Shown here: positions 30,505-40,137 of the stretch, one piece after another
Layout: every line of letters begins with the position of its first letter
Numbering within the stretch: position 1 is the stretch's first letter
The notes under the pieces: generated by a model
What the model was told of the DNA's origin: nothing
The model's database searches: none
What the model saw: the letters and a program-made list of their open reading frames with translations, nothing else
Source of the DNA: Candidatus Entotheonellaceae bacterium
GTDB taxonomy: Bacteria > Tectomicrobia > Entotheonellia > Entotheonellales > Entotheonellaceae
Length of the DNA: 64,000 bases
Direction of reading: 5' to 3'
Assembly: GCA_965238075.1 (NCBI GenBank)
Contig: OZ250173.1
Location: forward strand, 3,040,001 to 3,104,000
Made by a program: the position numbers and the translations under genes

Positions 30505-30534
30505 TTGACAACCCCTGCGGCGCGCAACTAAAAT
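30505..30534 (+). promoter_or_regulatory. sigma70 promoter for cysS operon
   Basis: TTGACA(30505-30510)-N18-TAAAAT(30529-30534). Confidence 0.6.
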
Positions 30535-30601
30535 CGCTGAATTGTCAAAGACACTCCTTACTTGTTTCGATTCTCCTCTGTTCAGAAAGTTCAGCCAATA
30601 C

Positions 30602-31993
30602 ATGTTGCGGTTTTATAATACCCTGACGCGGGAAAAAGACGACTTTCGGCCGCTCGAACCGGGGAAAGTCAGGATGTACACCTGTGGACCCACCGTGTAC
30701 AACAGTCCTCACATCGGCAACTACCGCGCCTACGTTTTTGAAGACCTTCTGCGCAGGTATCTCAAGTACCGCGGCTATGACGTCAACCAAGTGATGAATT
30801 TGACCGACGTTGATGACAAGACGATTCGTGACTCGCGCCGCGCTGAGATGACCCTGCGGGATTTCACCGCCATCCATAAGAAGGCTTTTTTTGAAGACCT
30901 CCGGACGTTAAACATCGAGTCCGCCGAAGTCTATCCCGCCGCCACGGACCACATCCCCGACATGGTCGCCATGATTCAGCAACTCCAGAATCGCGGCTAT
31001 ACGTATGACGTGGAAGGCTCCATTTATTTCCGTCTCGACCGCTTCCCAAGCTACGGCAAGCTCGCCCACCTCGACGCTGAAACCCTGCAAAATGGCGCCA
31101 GCGGCAGGGTGGACCGCGATGAATATGCCAAGGACGACGTGCGCGACTTTGCTCTATGGAAGGCCTGGACTCCCGAGGATGGCGACGTGTTCTGGGAGAC
31201 CGAACTGGGCAAGGGACGGCCCGGTTGGCACATCGAGTGCTCGGCCATGTCGATGAAATACCTCGGCACGCACTTCGATATTCACACGGGCGGCGAGGAC
31301 AACATATTTCCCCACCACGAAAACGAAATTGCACAGTCCGAGGCCGCCACCAGCGAAACCTTTGTGAATTACTGGCTGCATTGCCGGCATCTGCTGGTCG
31401 ACAACATGAAGATGTCCAAATCCCTGGGCAACTTTTTCACCCTGCGCGACCTGCTCGACCAGGACTTCAAGTCCAAGGGCATCCGCTACGCCTTGCTGGC
31501 CACGCACTATCGGCAGCCGATGAACTTTACGCTGGACAATCTGCGTGGCGCCGAAACCGGGGTGCAACGGCTGCTCGACTTCATGGACAACTTGCCGTCG
31601 GCAGACGGCAGCGGGGCCGACGTGCGGCCTCTGCTACAGCAGACGCGGGAAAGCTTTGAAAAGTCCCTCGACGACGACCTCAACATCTCGGGCGCCTTGG
31701 GCGCCATTTTCCAGCTGGTGCGTGACGTAAATCGCATCCGGGCCGATGGCCGGCTCAGTTTGGCCGATGCCGGAGCGGTGCAAGACCTGATGCACCATTT
31801 CGACAGCGTTCTCGGCATCCTCGACGTTGACGCCGCCGCGCACGACGCGGATGTTGAAGAGTTATTGGCGCAACGCCAGGAGGCGCGCAAAAATCGCGAT
31901 TTTGACCGTGCAGATGCGCTGCGCGACGCCATTCGGGAACGCGGTTACGTCATCGAAGACACCCCTCATGGCCCTCGACTCAAACGGATGTGA
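30602..31993 (+). CDS. cysS: cysteine--tRNA ligase
   Basis: CGPTVY..HIGN, DFALWK, GRPGWHIECS, FPHHENE, KMSKS. Confidence 0.97.
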   Translation: MLRFYNTLTREKDDFRPLEPGKVRMYTCGPTVYNSPHIGNYRAYVFEDLLRRYLKYRGYDVNQVMNLTDVDDKTIRDSRRAEMTLRDFTAIHKKAFFEDLRTLNIESAEVYPAATDHIPDMVAMIQQLQNRGYTYDVEGSIYFRLDRFPSYGKLAHLDAETLQNGASGRVDRDEYAKDDVRDFALWKAWTPEDGDVFWETELGKGRPGWHIECSAMSMKYLGTHFDIHTGGEDNIFPHHENEIAQSEAATSETFVNYWLHCRHLLVDNMKMSKSLGNFFTLRDLLDQDFKSKGIRYALLATHYRQPMNFTLDNLRGAETGVQRLLDFMDNLPSADGSGADVRPLLQQTRESFEKSLDDDLNISGALGAIFQLVRDVNRIRADGRLSLADAGAVQDLMHHFDSVLGILDVDAAAHDADVEELLAQRQEARKNRDFDRADALRDAIRERGYVIEDTPHGPRLKRM

Positions 31994-32619
31994 GCATGCC
32001 CTGTGAGCGTCTCCTGTACGTGATGCGGCACGGGCTTACCGACTGGAATCAATCGAGACGCATTCAGGGCCATCTTGATCCGCCTCTCAACGCCACGGGA
32101 AGGGCGCAGGCCCGCTTGGCTGGCTTACGCTTGGCCCTCCTGGGCGCTGCCGCTCTTTACAGTAGCGACTTGCAACGTGCTTCCGAGACAGCCCACCTGG
32201 TCAGCCGGGCCACCGGGCTGCAGGTCATCCAAAATGTCGGCCTGCGCGAAATCAACTTCGGCGTTTGGCAAGGTCTGTCGTCGCAGGAGATTCGGCAGCG
32301 CCACCCGGACGTGTATGCGGCGCGGCGCGATAATCCCTATGATGTGGCGCCGGCCGGGGCCGAAACCTGGCGGCAGTTCTACGCCCGTGCCGTTCAGGCC
32401 GTGGGTGAGATTCTCGCCGCAACGCCAGCGGGGCCGTTGGTGCTGGTGACGCACAGCGGCGTCTGCACGGTGTTGGGATTGCGTGCCCAAGGACTCGACT
32501 GCACGGGCCGGCGGACCTTCGAATCCCACAATTGCGGCATTCACACGGTTTCCGTCTGCGGCGACCGCTGGCGTGCTGTGCGGTTCAATGACACGTCCCA
32601 TCTGGTTTCGCCTTCCTGA
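31990..32619 (+). CDS. histidine phosphatase (phosphoglycerate mutase family)
   Basis: RHGLTDWN, SSDLQRA, E..FG.WQG, VTHSG. Confidence 0.9.
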   Translation: MSMPCERLLYVMRHGLTDWNQSRRIQGHLDPPLNATGRAQARLAGLRLALLGAAALYSSDLQRASETAHLVSRATGLQVIQNVGLREINFGVWQGLSSQEIRQRHPDVYAARRDNPYDVAPAGAETWRQFYARAVQAVGEILAATPAGPLVLVTHSGVCTVLGLRAQGLDCTGRRTFESHNCGIHTVSVCGDRWRAVRFNDTSHLVSPS

Positions 32620-32657
32620 TGGATTTCCAACCTGGCGCCCGAAGCGGGTAGGGGAAC

Positions 32658-33281
32658 ATGCTTCGAATCGCGGTGTTGCTCTCCGGAACAGGTCGAAGTC
32701 TGGACAATCTCCAGCAGGAGATCGCCGCGGGTCGCCTGCGCGCCGGTATTGCCGTGGTCATCAGCAGCAAGCCGGAGGCGTACGGTCTGGTGCGAGCCAA
32801 GGCGCACGGCCTGGACGCTGTGGCGGTGTCGCGGCGGGATTATCCGGACCTGGAAGCCTTTAACGCGGCGATCAATGCAGCGCTGGTGCCGTACGATGTC
32901 GGCCTGGTGGTGTTGGCGGGTTTTTTGTCGCTCTACCAGCCGCCGCCGGAACTGGGCGGGCGGGTGATGAATATCCATCCTGCCCTGCTGCCGGCTTTTG
33001 GGGGGAAGGGGTTCTACGGCGACCGGGTGCACCAGGCGGTGCTCGATTCGGGGGTGAAGCTGAGTGGTTGCACGGTCCATTTCGCCGAATCCCGGTACGA
33101 CCGCGGCCCGATTATTTTGCAGACGGCCGTGCCGGTGCTCGACGATGACACGGTGCAATCTCTGGCTGCGCGCGTCTTTGCCGCCGAGTGCGAGGCTTAT
33201 CCGCGAGCTATTCAACTATTCGCTGATGACCGGTTGCGCTTGGAAGGGCAGCGCGTGCGTATCCTGCCGGCCGGGGGTTGA
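32658..33281 (+). CDS. purN: phosphoribosylglycinamide formyltransferase
   Basis: VLLSGTG, LAGF, NIHPALLP.FGG, SGCTVHF, D.GPII.Q. Confidence 0.95.
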   Translation: MLRIAVLLSGTGRSLDNLQQEIAAGRLRAGIAVVISSKPEAYGLVRAKAHGLDAVAVSRRDYPDLEAFNAAINAALVPYDVGLVVLAGFLSLYQPPPELGGRVMNIHPALLPAFGGKGFYGDRVHQAVLDSGVKLSGCTVHFAESRYDRGPIILQTAVPVLDDDTVQSLAARVFAAECEAYPRAIQLFADDRLRLEGQRVRILPAGG

Positions 33282-33414
33282 ACCCGACATTTTTTTCTTG
33301 AAGTCCCGATGGCCGAATGCCACTATGAAGACCGTAAATGCAAGTTGCAATAAACGAGCTTTGCGGCTCCTGTGATGGCATCCGGCAGCCCTCATTCTGG
33401 ACGAGGAAGTTCTC

Positions 33415-35130
33415 ATGAACGACTTTGAACGCGAGGAAATCAGCGCCCGCTCGGACGACTCGGAATCTCTCGATTTTTTCCCGCCGCATTACCGTGTTGG
33501 CCGCACCAAGTTCATCGTCGTCACGGGCGGGGTCATGTCCGGCGTCGGCAAGGGCGTGTGCACCGCTTCGCTGTCGCACCTGCTGCAACAGCTGGGCTTC
33601 AGTGTCACCACCATGAAAATCGACGGCTATCTCAACGTCGATGCCGGCACCCTTAATCCCTATCGCCACGGTGAAACCTTTGTGCTGGATGACGGCACCG
33701 AGTGCGACCTCGACCTCGGCACCTACGAGCGTTTCCTCGACACCACCCTGAACCGCAACAACTACATGACCTCCGGCAAAATATACGCCCGTATCCTGGC
33801 CAAGGAGCGGCGCGGTGAGTACCTTGGCCGGGACGTGCAGATCGTGCCGCACGTCACCGGCGAGATCAAATATCTCATGCGCCAGAAAGCCCAGGAAGGG
33901 CCTTACGACATGGTCTTGGTGGAGATCGGCGGCACCGTCGGTGACATCGAGAACGTGCACTTCATCGAGGCTGCGCGCGAGTTGATCCGTGACGAAGGGC
34001 GCGACAACGTCATGTACATCCACGTCACCATGGTGCCGTGGTCGGAGGCCACCGGCGAGCAGAAGAGCAAGCCGACCCAGCACAGCATCAAGAAGTTGCT
34101 GGAGATGGGCGTGCAGCCGGACATCATCGTGTGCCGGTCCAAGCATGATCTGCAGCGCAAAGTCCGCGAGAAAATCAGCTTGCACTGCAACGTGCCCATC
34201 GATCACGTCATCAGCAATCCCGACACGGAAAGCGTGTATACGTTGCCAGCCCTCTTCCAAGAACAGCATCTTGCGGAAACGGCCATCAGCCGGCTGCGAT
34301 TGAATATGCCGTACCCTGCCGAGGGCGAGAAGCAGGTGCCCTTTGCGCCGTTCTTGCGCCATGTCCGCCGCAAGAATCCACCGCTTACGATCGCCATGAC
34401 CGGCAAGTATTCCACCATGAAAGATTCGTACCTCAGCATCACCAACGCCCTGGAGCACACGGAACCCGCCGAGGGCGTGCACATTGACGTTCGTTTCTTG
34501 GACACCACCGATTTCGACAACGCCTCGCCGGCAATGTTGAGGGAGAACCTGCACGACGTGCACGGTATTCTGGTGCCCGGCGGCTATGGGGTACGGGGCA
34601 CGGAGGGCATCATTCGCTGCATTCGCTACGCCCGTGAGCGCCAGGTGCCGTACCTGGGCCTGTGTCTGGGCTTTCAGTTGGCGGCCATCGAGTTTGGGCG
34701 CTCGGTGTGCGGGGTGGAAAAGGCCACCAGCACCGAGTTCGATCCCCACACCCAGGAGCCGTTGATCTGCCTGCTGCCGGAGCAGCAACAGGTCCGCAAC
34801 CTTGGGGGCACGCAGCGTCTGGGCGGCCACGACGTCGCGCTGCTACCGGGCAGTCGGGTGCAGGCCTTTTACGGCCGCGATACGGTTCGTGAACGGTTCC
34901 GACACCGCTACGAGCTCAACAACGACTACAAGGTGGCTTTTGAGAAATGCGGCGTTGTCTTCTGCGGCATGACCCCGGATCAGCGTGTCATGCAGATTTT
35001 CGATTACCCAGCCCACCCGTTCTTCGTCGCCACCCAATTTCACCCCGAATTGCTCTCCCGGCCCCTGCGCCCACACCCGCTCTTCCTGGCCTTTGTGCAG
35101 GCAGCGAAGAAGCATCAAAACCCGTCGTAA
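33415..35130 (+). CDS. pyrG: CTP synthase
   Basis: VTGGVMSGVGKG, DLDLGTYERF, EIGGTVGDIE, GLCLG, ERFRHRYE, QFHPE. Confidence 0.97.
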   Translation: MNDFEREEISARSDDSESLDFFPPHYRVGRTKFIVVTGGVMSGVGKGVCTASLSHLLQQLGFSVTTMKIDGYLNVDAGTLNPYRHGETFVLDDGTECDLDLGTYERFLDTTLNRNNYMTSGKIYARILAKERRGEYLGRDVQIVPHVTGEIKYLMRQKAQEGPYDMVLVEIGGTVGDIENVHFIEAARELIRDEGRDNVMYIHVTMVPWSEATGEQKSKPTQHSIKKLLEMGVQPDIIVCRSKHDLQRKVREKISLHCNVPIDHVISNPDTESVYTLPALFQEQHLAETAISRLRLNMPYPAEGEKQVPFAPFLRHVRRKNPPLTIAMTGKYSTMKDSYLSITNALEHTEPAEGVHIDVRFLDTTDFDNASPAMLRENLHDVHGILVPGGYGVRGTEGIIRCIRYARERQVPYLGLCLGFQLAAIEFGRSVCGVEKATSTEFDPHTQEPLICLLPEQQQVRNLGGTQRLGGHDVALLPGSRVQAFYGRDTVRERFRHRYELNNDYKVAFEKCGVVFCGMTPDQRVMQIFDYPAHPFFVATQFHPELLSRPLRPHPLFLAFVQAAKKHQNPS

Positions 35131-35159
35131 TTACCATGACCCCCGTTCAATCTCCGAAA

Positions 35160-35261
35160 CGTCATGCCGGGCTTGACCCGGCATCCAGTCTTCAGCGGGG
35201 AGCTGGGGCGAATCCTCAGCTGGACACGGTCGCTGGGATTCCGGCTTGCGCCGGAATGACG
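35160..35261. repeat. REP/RPE-type palindromic element (GTCATGCCGG...CCGGAATGAC)
   Basis: CGTCATGCCGGGCTTGACCCGGCATCCAG at one end and CTGGGATTCCGGCTTGCGCCGGAATGACG at the other; each forms a hairpin and the termini are complementary. Confidence 0.75.
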
Positions 35262-35314
35262 GTATGGGGGCTTGGTAAGGGATGTTTTCATAAGAACGCG
35301 CCGCGAGGTAACCC

Positions 35315-38287
35315 GTGCGGAACGTGACGATTCTGGTTGTCAGTCCGCGTCCGCAGATGCGGGACGTGCGCGGTGAGGCCCTGTTGCGCAGCCTGCGGGC
35401 GGATGCTCATCTTGCCGTCGAGCAGGTGAGAACGGCGGCCCTGTATACCATCCGTTCGCCGCGTTCCGTCGAAGAGTTGGAACCCGCCCGGCGAGCGCTC
35501 TTCACGGACGCCGTAGTCGAGGAATCGCGCTGGGACCAGCGGCCCTCTATGCCGTGCCGGTGGATCGTGCAGGTCGCCATGCTGCCCGGGGTGACGGACA
35601 ACGTAGGCCGCACGGCATCGCGGGCTCTGGAGGAGATGCTCGCCCGCCCGCTTGAGGGTGAGGTTTATACCTCGCTGCTCTACCTGATTGACGGCGATCT
35701 GCAACGCGACGATGTCGAACTCGCCGTACGGGATTTTCTCGCCAATCCCCTGGTTCAGCAGTGGCGCATCACCGCAGCGGCCGATTGGCAGGACGGTCCC
35801 GAAGCATTTCTGCCGCCGCCGATTGCCGGCGCCGACCACCCGCCGCGCGTCGCCTCCATATCGCTGGATATCAGTGACGACGCTCTGCTGCGCCTCAGTC
35901 AGGAGGGGTTGCTGGCCCTGAATCTGGCCGAGATGAAGGCCATTCAGGCGTACTTTCATGATCCGCAACGCTGTGCCCGACGGCAAGCCTACGGGCTGGG
36001 TCCTGCGCCCACGGACGTCGAGCTCGAAACACTGGCGCAAACCTGGTCGGAGCACTGCAAGCACAAAATTTTCCAGAGCACTATCGACTATCAGGACGAG
36101 CACGGGACGTCCATCACGATCCGCAGCCTGTTCAAGAGTTACATTGTGCGTGCCACCGAGGAGATCGGCCAGCGGGTTGACTGGCTGCGTTCGGTGTTCC
36201 ATGACAATGCCGGGGTCATCGCGTTCAACGAAGAATGGAACTTGGCGATGAAGGTGGAGACGCACAACACGCCGTCCGCCCTGGACCCGTATGGCGGGGC
36301 GATTACCGGGATTCTGGGCGTCAACCGAGATCCGTTTGGCACGGGCATGGGCTGCCGGCTGCTGTTCAACACGGATGTCCTGTGCTTCGCGTCCCCCGAC
36401 TATTCACAGCCCTTGCCGGGGCGCTTGCTGCACCCCAAACGCATCTTCGAGGGCGTGCATCGCGGCATCAAGGACGGCGCCAATCAAAGCGGCATTCCCG
36501 ACGTCAACGGCGCGGTGGTTTTCGACGAGCGCTTTTCCGGCAAACCCTTGGTGTTTTGCGGCACGGGCGGGCTGATGCCGACCCGCATCGGCGGCGAACT
36601 GGCGCACCTCAAGGCGGCCCACGTCGGGGATTACGTGGTAATGGTTGGCGGCCGCATCGGCAAGGATGGCATCCACGGCGCGACGTTTTCGTCCGTTGAA
36701 CTGGACGAGGCGTCCCCGGCCTCAGCCGTGCAGATCGGTGATGCCATTACGCAAAAGAACATGTTCGACATGCTGCTTGAAGCACGCGACCGGCAGTTAT
36801 ACAGCTGCATTACCGACAACGGCGCCGGCGGTTTGTCGTCGTCGGTGGGCGAAATGGCCCAATTCAGCAACGGCTGCGAGCTGCACCTGGAGCGCGCGCC
36901 GCTGAAATATCCGGGCCTTGATCCTTGGGAGATTCTGGTATCGGAATCCCAGGAGCGCATGACCGTTGCCGTGCCGCCGGAGCGGCTCGAAGCGTTTCTG
37001 GCGCTGGCCGCGCGGCGAGAGGTGGAAGCGACGGTTCTGGGCACGTTTACCGATACGGGCCTGTTTCACGTGCGCTACGATGGCAATACCGTCGCCCTGC
37101 TTGAAATGGCGTTTCTGCATGACGGGCTGCCGGAAATGCGCCTCCCGGCTCGCTGGCAACTCCCCCGCTTTGCCGAGCCGACGTTTGCCTGCCCCGCCGA
37201 CCTGACGGCATCGCTGCTGCAACTGCTGGGTCGCCTCAATATCTGCAGCAAGGAATGGGTTATCCGCCAGTACGATCACGAGGTGCAGGGCACCAGCGTC
37301 GTCAAGCCGCTGGTCGGCGCGCAAAATGACGGTCCGAGCGACGCTGCCGTGCTGCGTCCGCTGCCGGACTCTATGGAAGGGGTCATCGTGGCCAACGGCA
37401 TCTGCCCGCGCTACAGCGACATCGACACCTATCACATGGCGGCCAACGCGATTGATGAAGCCATCCGCAACGTCATTGCCGTGGGCGGGCGGCTCGGTCA
37501 CGTCGCCGGCCTGGACAATTTCTGCTGGCCCGACCCGGTGCTCAGCCCCGGCACGCCGGATGGCCCTTACAAGCTGGCGCAGTTGGTGCGCGCCAATCAG
37601 GCGCTCTACGACTGCTGCACGGCTTATGGGGTGCCGTGCATTTCCGGCAAGGACAGCATGAAGAACGACTACCACGTTGGCGACGTCAAAATCTCCGTGC
37701 CGCCAACGCTGCTGTTCTCCGTCATGGCGCGCATGCCGGACGTGCGGCGGGCTGTGACGATGGACGCCAAGCAGGCGGGCGATTTGATGTTCGGGGTAGG
37801 GGAGACACGGGACGAACTGGGAGGTTCGGAGTACTACGCCATGCACGGCGCCGTCGGCAACCGCGTGCCGCGCGTTGACACGCAACGTGCCCGCACTCTC
37901 TACGACGCGCTGGCCGACGCCATGCAGCGCGGCTTGATCAACGCTTGCCACGACTGCTCGGACGGCGGGTTTGCCGTGGCCGCCGCCGAGATGGCCTTTG
38001 CGGGCGGCCTGGGCATGCGCCTCGACCTGCGCGCCATGCCGCGCGCGGCCGACGTGACCCGTGACGACACGCTGCTGTTTTCGGAAACGGCCAGCCGCTT
38101 CGTGGTGACCGTGCCGGCCGCCCACGGCGCGGCGTTCCGGGACATCATGCCCGCCGGCTCGTGCGACGAAATCGGCTCGGTACACCACGCCCCCGAGTTT
38201 ATGGTCACAGGTTTGGGGGGAGAGGTCGTCATCGCCAGCCGGATTGACGAGTTGAAGGCGGCTTGGCAGCGACCGCTTGCTTGGTGA
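35315..38287 (+). CDS. purL: phosphoribosylformylglycinamidine synthase synthetase subunit (PurS-like N-terminus, no glutaminase domain)
   Basis: QTWSEHCKHK, KVETHN.PS, DNGAGG, SESQERM, QYDHEV, ISGKDS, HDCSDGG. Confidence 0.95.
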   Translation: MRNVTILVVSPRPQMRDVRGEALLRSLRADAHLAVEQVRTAALYTIRSPRSVEELEPARRALFTDAVVEESRWDQRPSMPCRWIVQVAMLPGVTDNVGRTASRALEEMLARPLEGEVYTSLLYLIDGDLQRDDVELAVRDFLANPLVQQWRITAAADWQDGPEAFLPPPIAGADHPPRVASISLDISDDALLRLSQEGLLALNLAEMKAIQAYFHDPQRCARRQAYGLGPAPTDVELETLAQTWSEHCKHKIFQSTIDYQDEHGTSITIRSLFKSYIVRATEEIGQRVDWLRSVFHDNAGVIAFNEEWNLAMKVETHNTPSALDPYGGAITGILGVNRDPFGTGMGCRLLFNTDVLCFASPDYSQPLPGRLLHPKRIFEGVHRGIKDGANQSGIPDVNGAVVFDERFSGKPLVFCGTGGLMPTRIGGELAHLKAAHVGDYVVMVGGRIGKDGIHGATFSSVELDEASPASAVQIGDAITQKNMFDMLLEARDRQLYSCITDNGAGGLSSSVGEMAQFSNGCELHLERAPLKYPGLDPWEILVSESQERMTVAVPPERLEAFLALAARREVEATVLGTFTDTGLFHVRYDGNTVALLEMAFLHDGLPEMRLPARWQLPRFAEPTFACPADLTASLLQLLGRLNICSKEWVIRQYDHEVQGTSVVKPLVGAQNDGPSDAAVLRPLPDSMEGVIVANGICPRYSDIDTYHMAANAIDEAIRNVIAVGGRLGHVAGLDNFCWPDPVLSPGTPDGPYKLAQLVRANQALYDCCTAYGVPCISGKDSMKNDYHVGDVKISVPPTLLFSVMARMPDVRRAVTMDAKQAGDLMFGVGETRDELGGSEYYAMHGAVGNRVPRVDTQRARTLYDALADAMQRGLINACHDCSDGGFAVAAAEMAFAGGLGMRLDLRAMPRAADVTRDDTLLFSETASRFVVTVPAAHGAAFRDIMPAGSCDEIGSVHHAPEFMVTGLGGEVVIASRIDELKAAWQRPLAW

Positions 38288-38378
38288 GTGGGGTTTTGAC
38301 TTGCAGCCATCTTTGTATTGTCCGTAAAGTCGTTATTAGACCGTGACAAGGGGCCCCCCGTACAGGGGAGACATCATC

Positions 38379-39242
38379 ATGACGGTTCCGTTTCCCACCT
38401 CTGCCATTCCTGCCGTCAACGTTGCTTCGGTGCCGCAGCGCAGTCCGTTGCGCTATCCGGGCGGCAAGACGTGGCTGATTCCACACATTCGGGCGTGGCT
38501 GGGTCGCACACCGCCGCATCCGCTGATCGTCGAGCCGTTTGCTGGCGGCGGTATCGTGTCGCTCACAGCGGTCATGGAGCGTTGGGTCAAGCGGGCGCTA
38601 ATGGTTGACTTCGACCACGACATAGCGGCCTTCTGGCGAGCGGTACTGTGTCATGGTTCAGACCTTGCCGAGCGGGTTCAACGCTTTACGCCCACCCGTG
38701 ACCGGATCGAAGATCTGGCGCGTCAAGCGCCGTACGACGTGATCGAGCACGGTTTCCGCACCCTGGTGCTGAACCGCACCCGGCGCGGCGGCGTTCTGGC
38801 GCCGGGCGCGGCGTTGACGAAAAACGGTGAGAATGGCAACGGAGTCGCGTCGCGTTGGTATCCCGGGACGCTTAGGAAGCGTCTCGCCGCGATCTCGGCT
38901 TGCGCGGAGTGCATCACCTTCTGCGAGGCTGACGGGGTGCGTCTGCTTGAAGACGTGGCGTTGCACCGTTCGGATGCGTGTTTCTTCATCGACCCGCCCT
39001 ACACGGCAGGCGGTAAGCGGGCCGGATCGCGGCTCTACGCGCATAACACGGTGGATCACGTCAAGCTATTCGAGTTGATGGCCTCAAGTCGCGCCGACTT
39101 CCTGATGACCTACGACTGCTCGGAGGAGATCGTTTCGCTCGTGCGTGCCCATGACTTCCATGCGGCGGTCGTTGTCATGAAAAACAACCACCACGCTCGG
39201 ATGCCCGAACTGGTCATCACGCGCGATCGGATGTTCACATGA
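38379..39242 (+). CDS. DNA adenine methyltransferase (Dam/D12 class)
   Basis: SPLRYPGGK, EPFAGGG, IDPPY motifs. Confidence 0.92.
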   Translation: MTVPFPTSAIPAVNVASVPQRSPLRYPGGKTWLIPHIRAWLGRTPPHPLIVEPFAGGGIVSLTAVMERWVKRALMVDFDHDIAAFWRAVLCHGSDLAERVQRFTPTRDRIEDLARQAPYDVIEHGFRTLVLNRTRRGGVLAPGAALTKNGENGNGVASRWYPGTLRKRLAAISACAECITFCEADGVRLLEDVALHRSDACFFIDPPYTAGGKRAGSRLYAHNTVDHVKLFELMASSRADFLMTYDCSEEIVSLVRAHDFHAAVVVMKNNHHARMPELVITRDRMFT

Positions 39243-40091
39243 GCCGACGGCATCGCGGAGTGGTACGGTCATCCTTTCCTCGACCTGTTGCCGCACGACC
39301 GGCGACGATTTTCGGAAGTGGCGCTAACCGGCCAAGCACCGCCGCCGTGTCCTTTCCGGCAGATGCCCTGTAACAAGAGAGGCGGTGTTTGCAGCATCCA
39401 GCCATACGAGCCGGACGGCGACCACATCAGTCATGCGGCGGGCCATCCGGTGGTTGTCTGTCCGGTCAGGTTTGAACAGCAACAAATACTGATCAGGTGG
39501 CTGGCTGAGGTGGTAGGGTTTTCGCCGGAAGCCACGCTCGTAGCGCGGGAAATCCCGTTCATGCTTGGGACAAAAACCCGAAAGCCGGCTGGCAAAATCG
39601 ATCTGGTTGTCGCGCAGGATCAGCACGTTTTGACGTGGTTTGGGCTTGAGATTCAGGCTGTTTACTTCTCAGGTCCGGGTATGGATGTCGAGTTTGAGGC
39701 ATTGCGAGACAGCCAGTCGGACCGGCCACCATTTCCGCGTCGCATACGCCGTCCGGACTGGCGATCATCCAGCGCAAAGCGTCTGGCGCCGCAGCTCCAG
39801 ATCAAGGGGCCAACGCTTCGCCGGTGGCATTCCAAGATCGCGGTTGCAGTCGATAAACCGTTCTTTGCCTCTATTGGCGGGCCTTCAGACACGCCGAGTC
39901 ACGACCTTGATTCCGGCGATGTGATCTGGTTGGTGCCGGAGTTATCAGGCAATCGGCTCGAACGCGGGCATTGGGAGGTCTTAACGCTGGAAGCGTCAAC
40001 GGAGAAACTTCTATCCGCCAAGGCGATTCCGCGGCAGGAATTCGAGCAGGCTCTACGTAGGAAACTGACGCCGCTTACCGAAACTCAGTGA
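39239..40091 (+). CDS. NotI-family restriction endonuclease; 5' end disrupted (ATG 39239 out of frame)
   Basis: GIAEWYG at 39249, CPF...CNK.GGVCS...CPVRF four-Cys motif, ID.V, LEIQAVYFSG, RPDW.SS..KRL.PQL. Confidence 0.75.
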
Positions 40092-40137
40092 CACCGCAGA
40101 CTTCCCCATAAAAGCGGACAGCTTTTCAAATCCCTCC

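Noticed and set aside
33208-38188. Long antisense ORFs (for example 33208-34830, 36797-38188; also 10584-11621, 29023-30294, 49175-50416)
   Set aside because: Shadow frames of GC-rich genes on the opposite strand with no recognisable motifs
39240-39242. TGA as selenocysteine
   Set aside because: It falls at the normal MTase C-terminus, not at a Cys-equivalent catalytic site; the downstream hairpin is weak
40097-40121. IS3-like terminal inverted repeat (CAGACTTCCCCATAAAAGCGGACAG) after the endonuclease
   Set aside because: Resemblance only; no partner repeat or transposase found in the window
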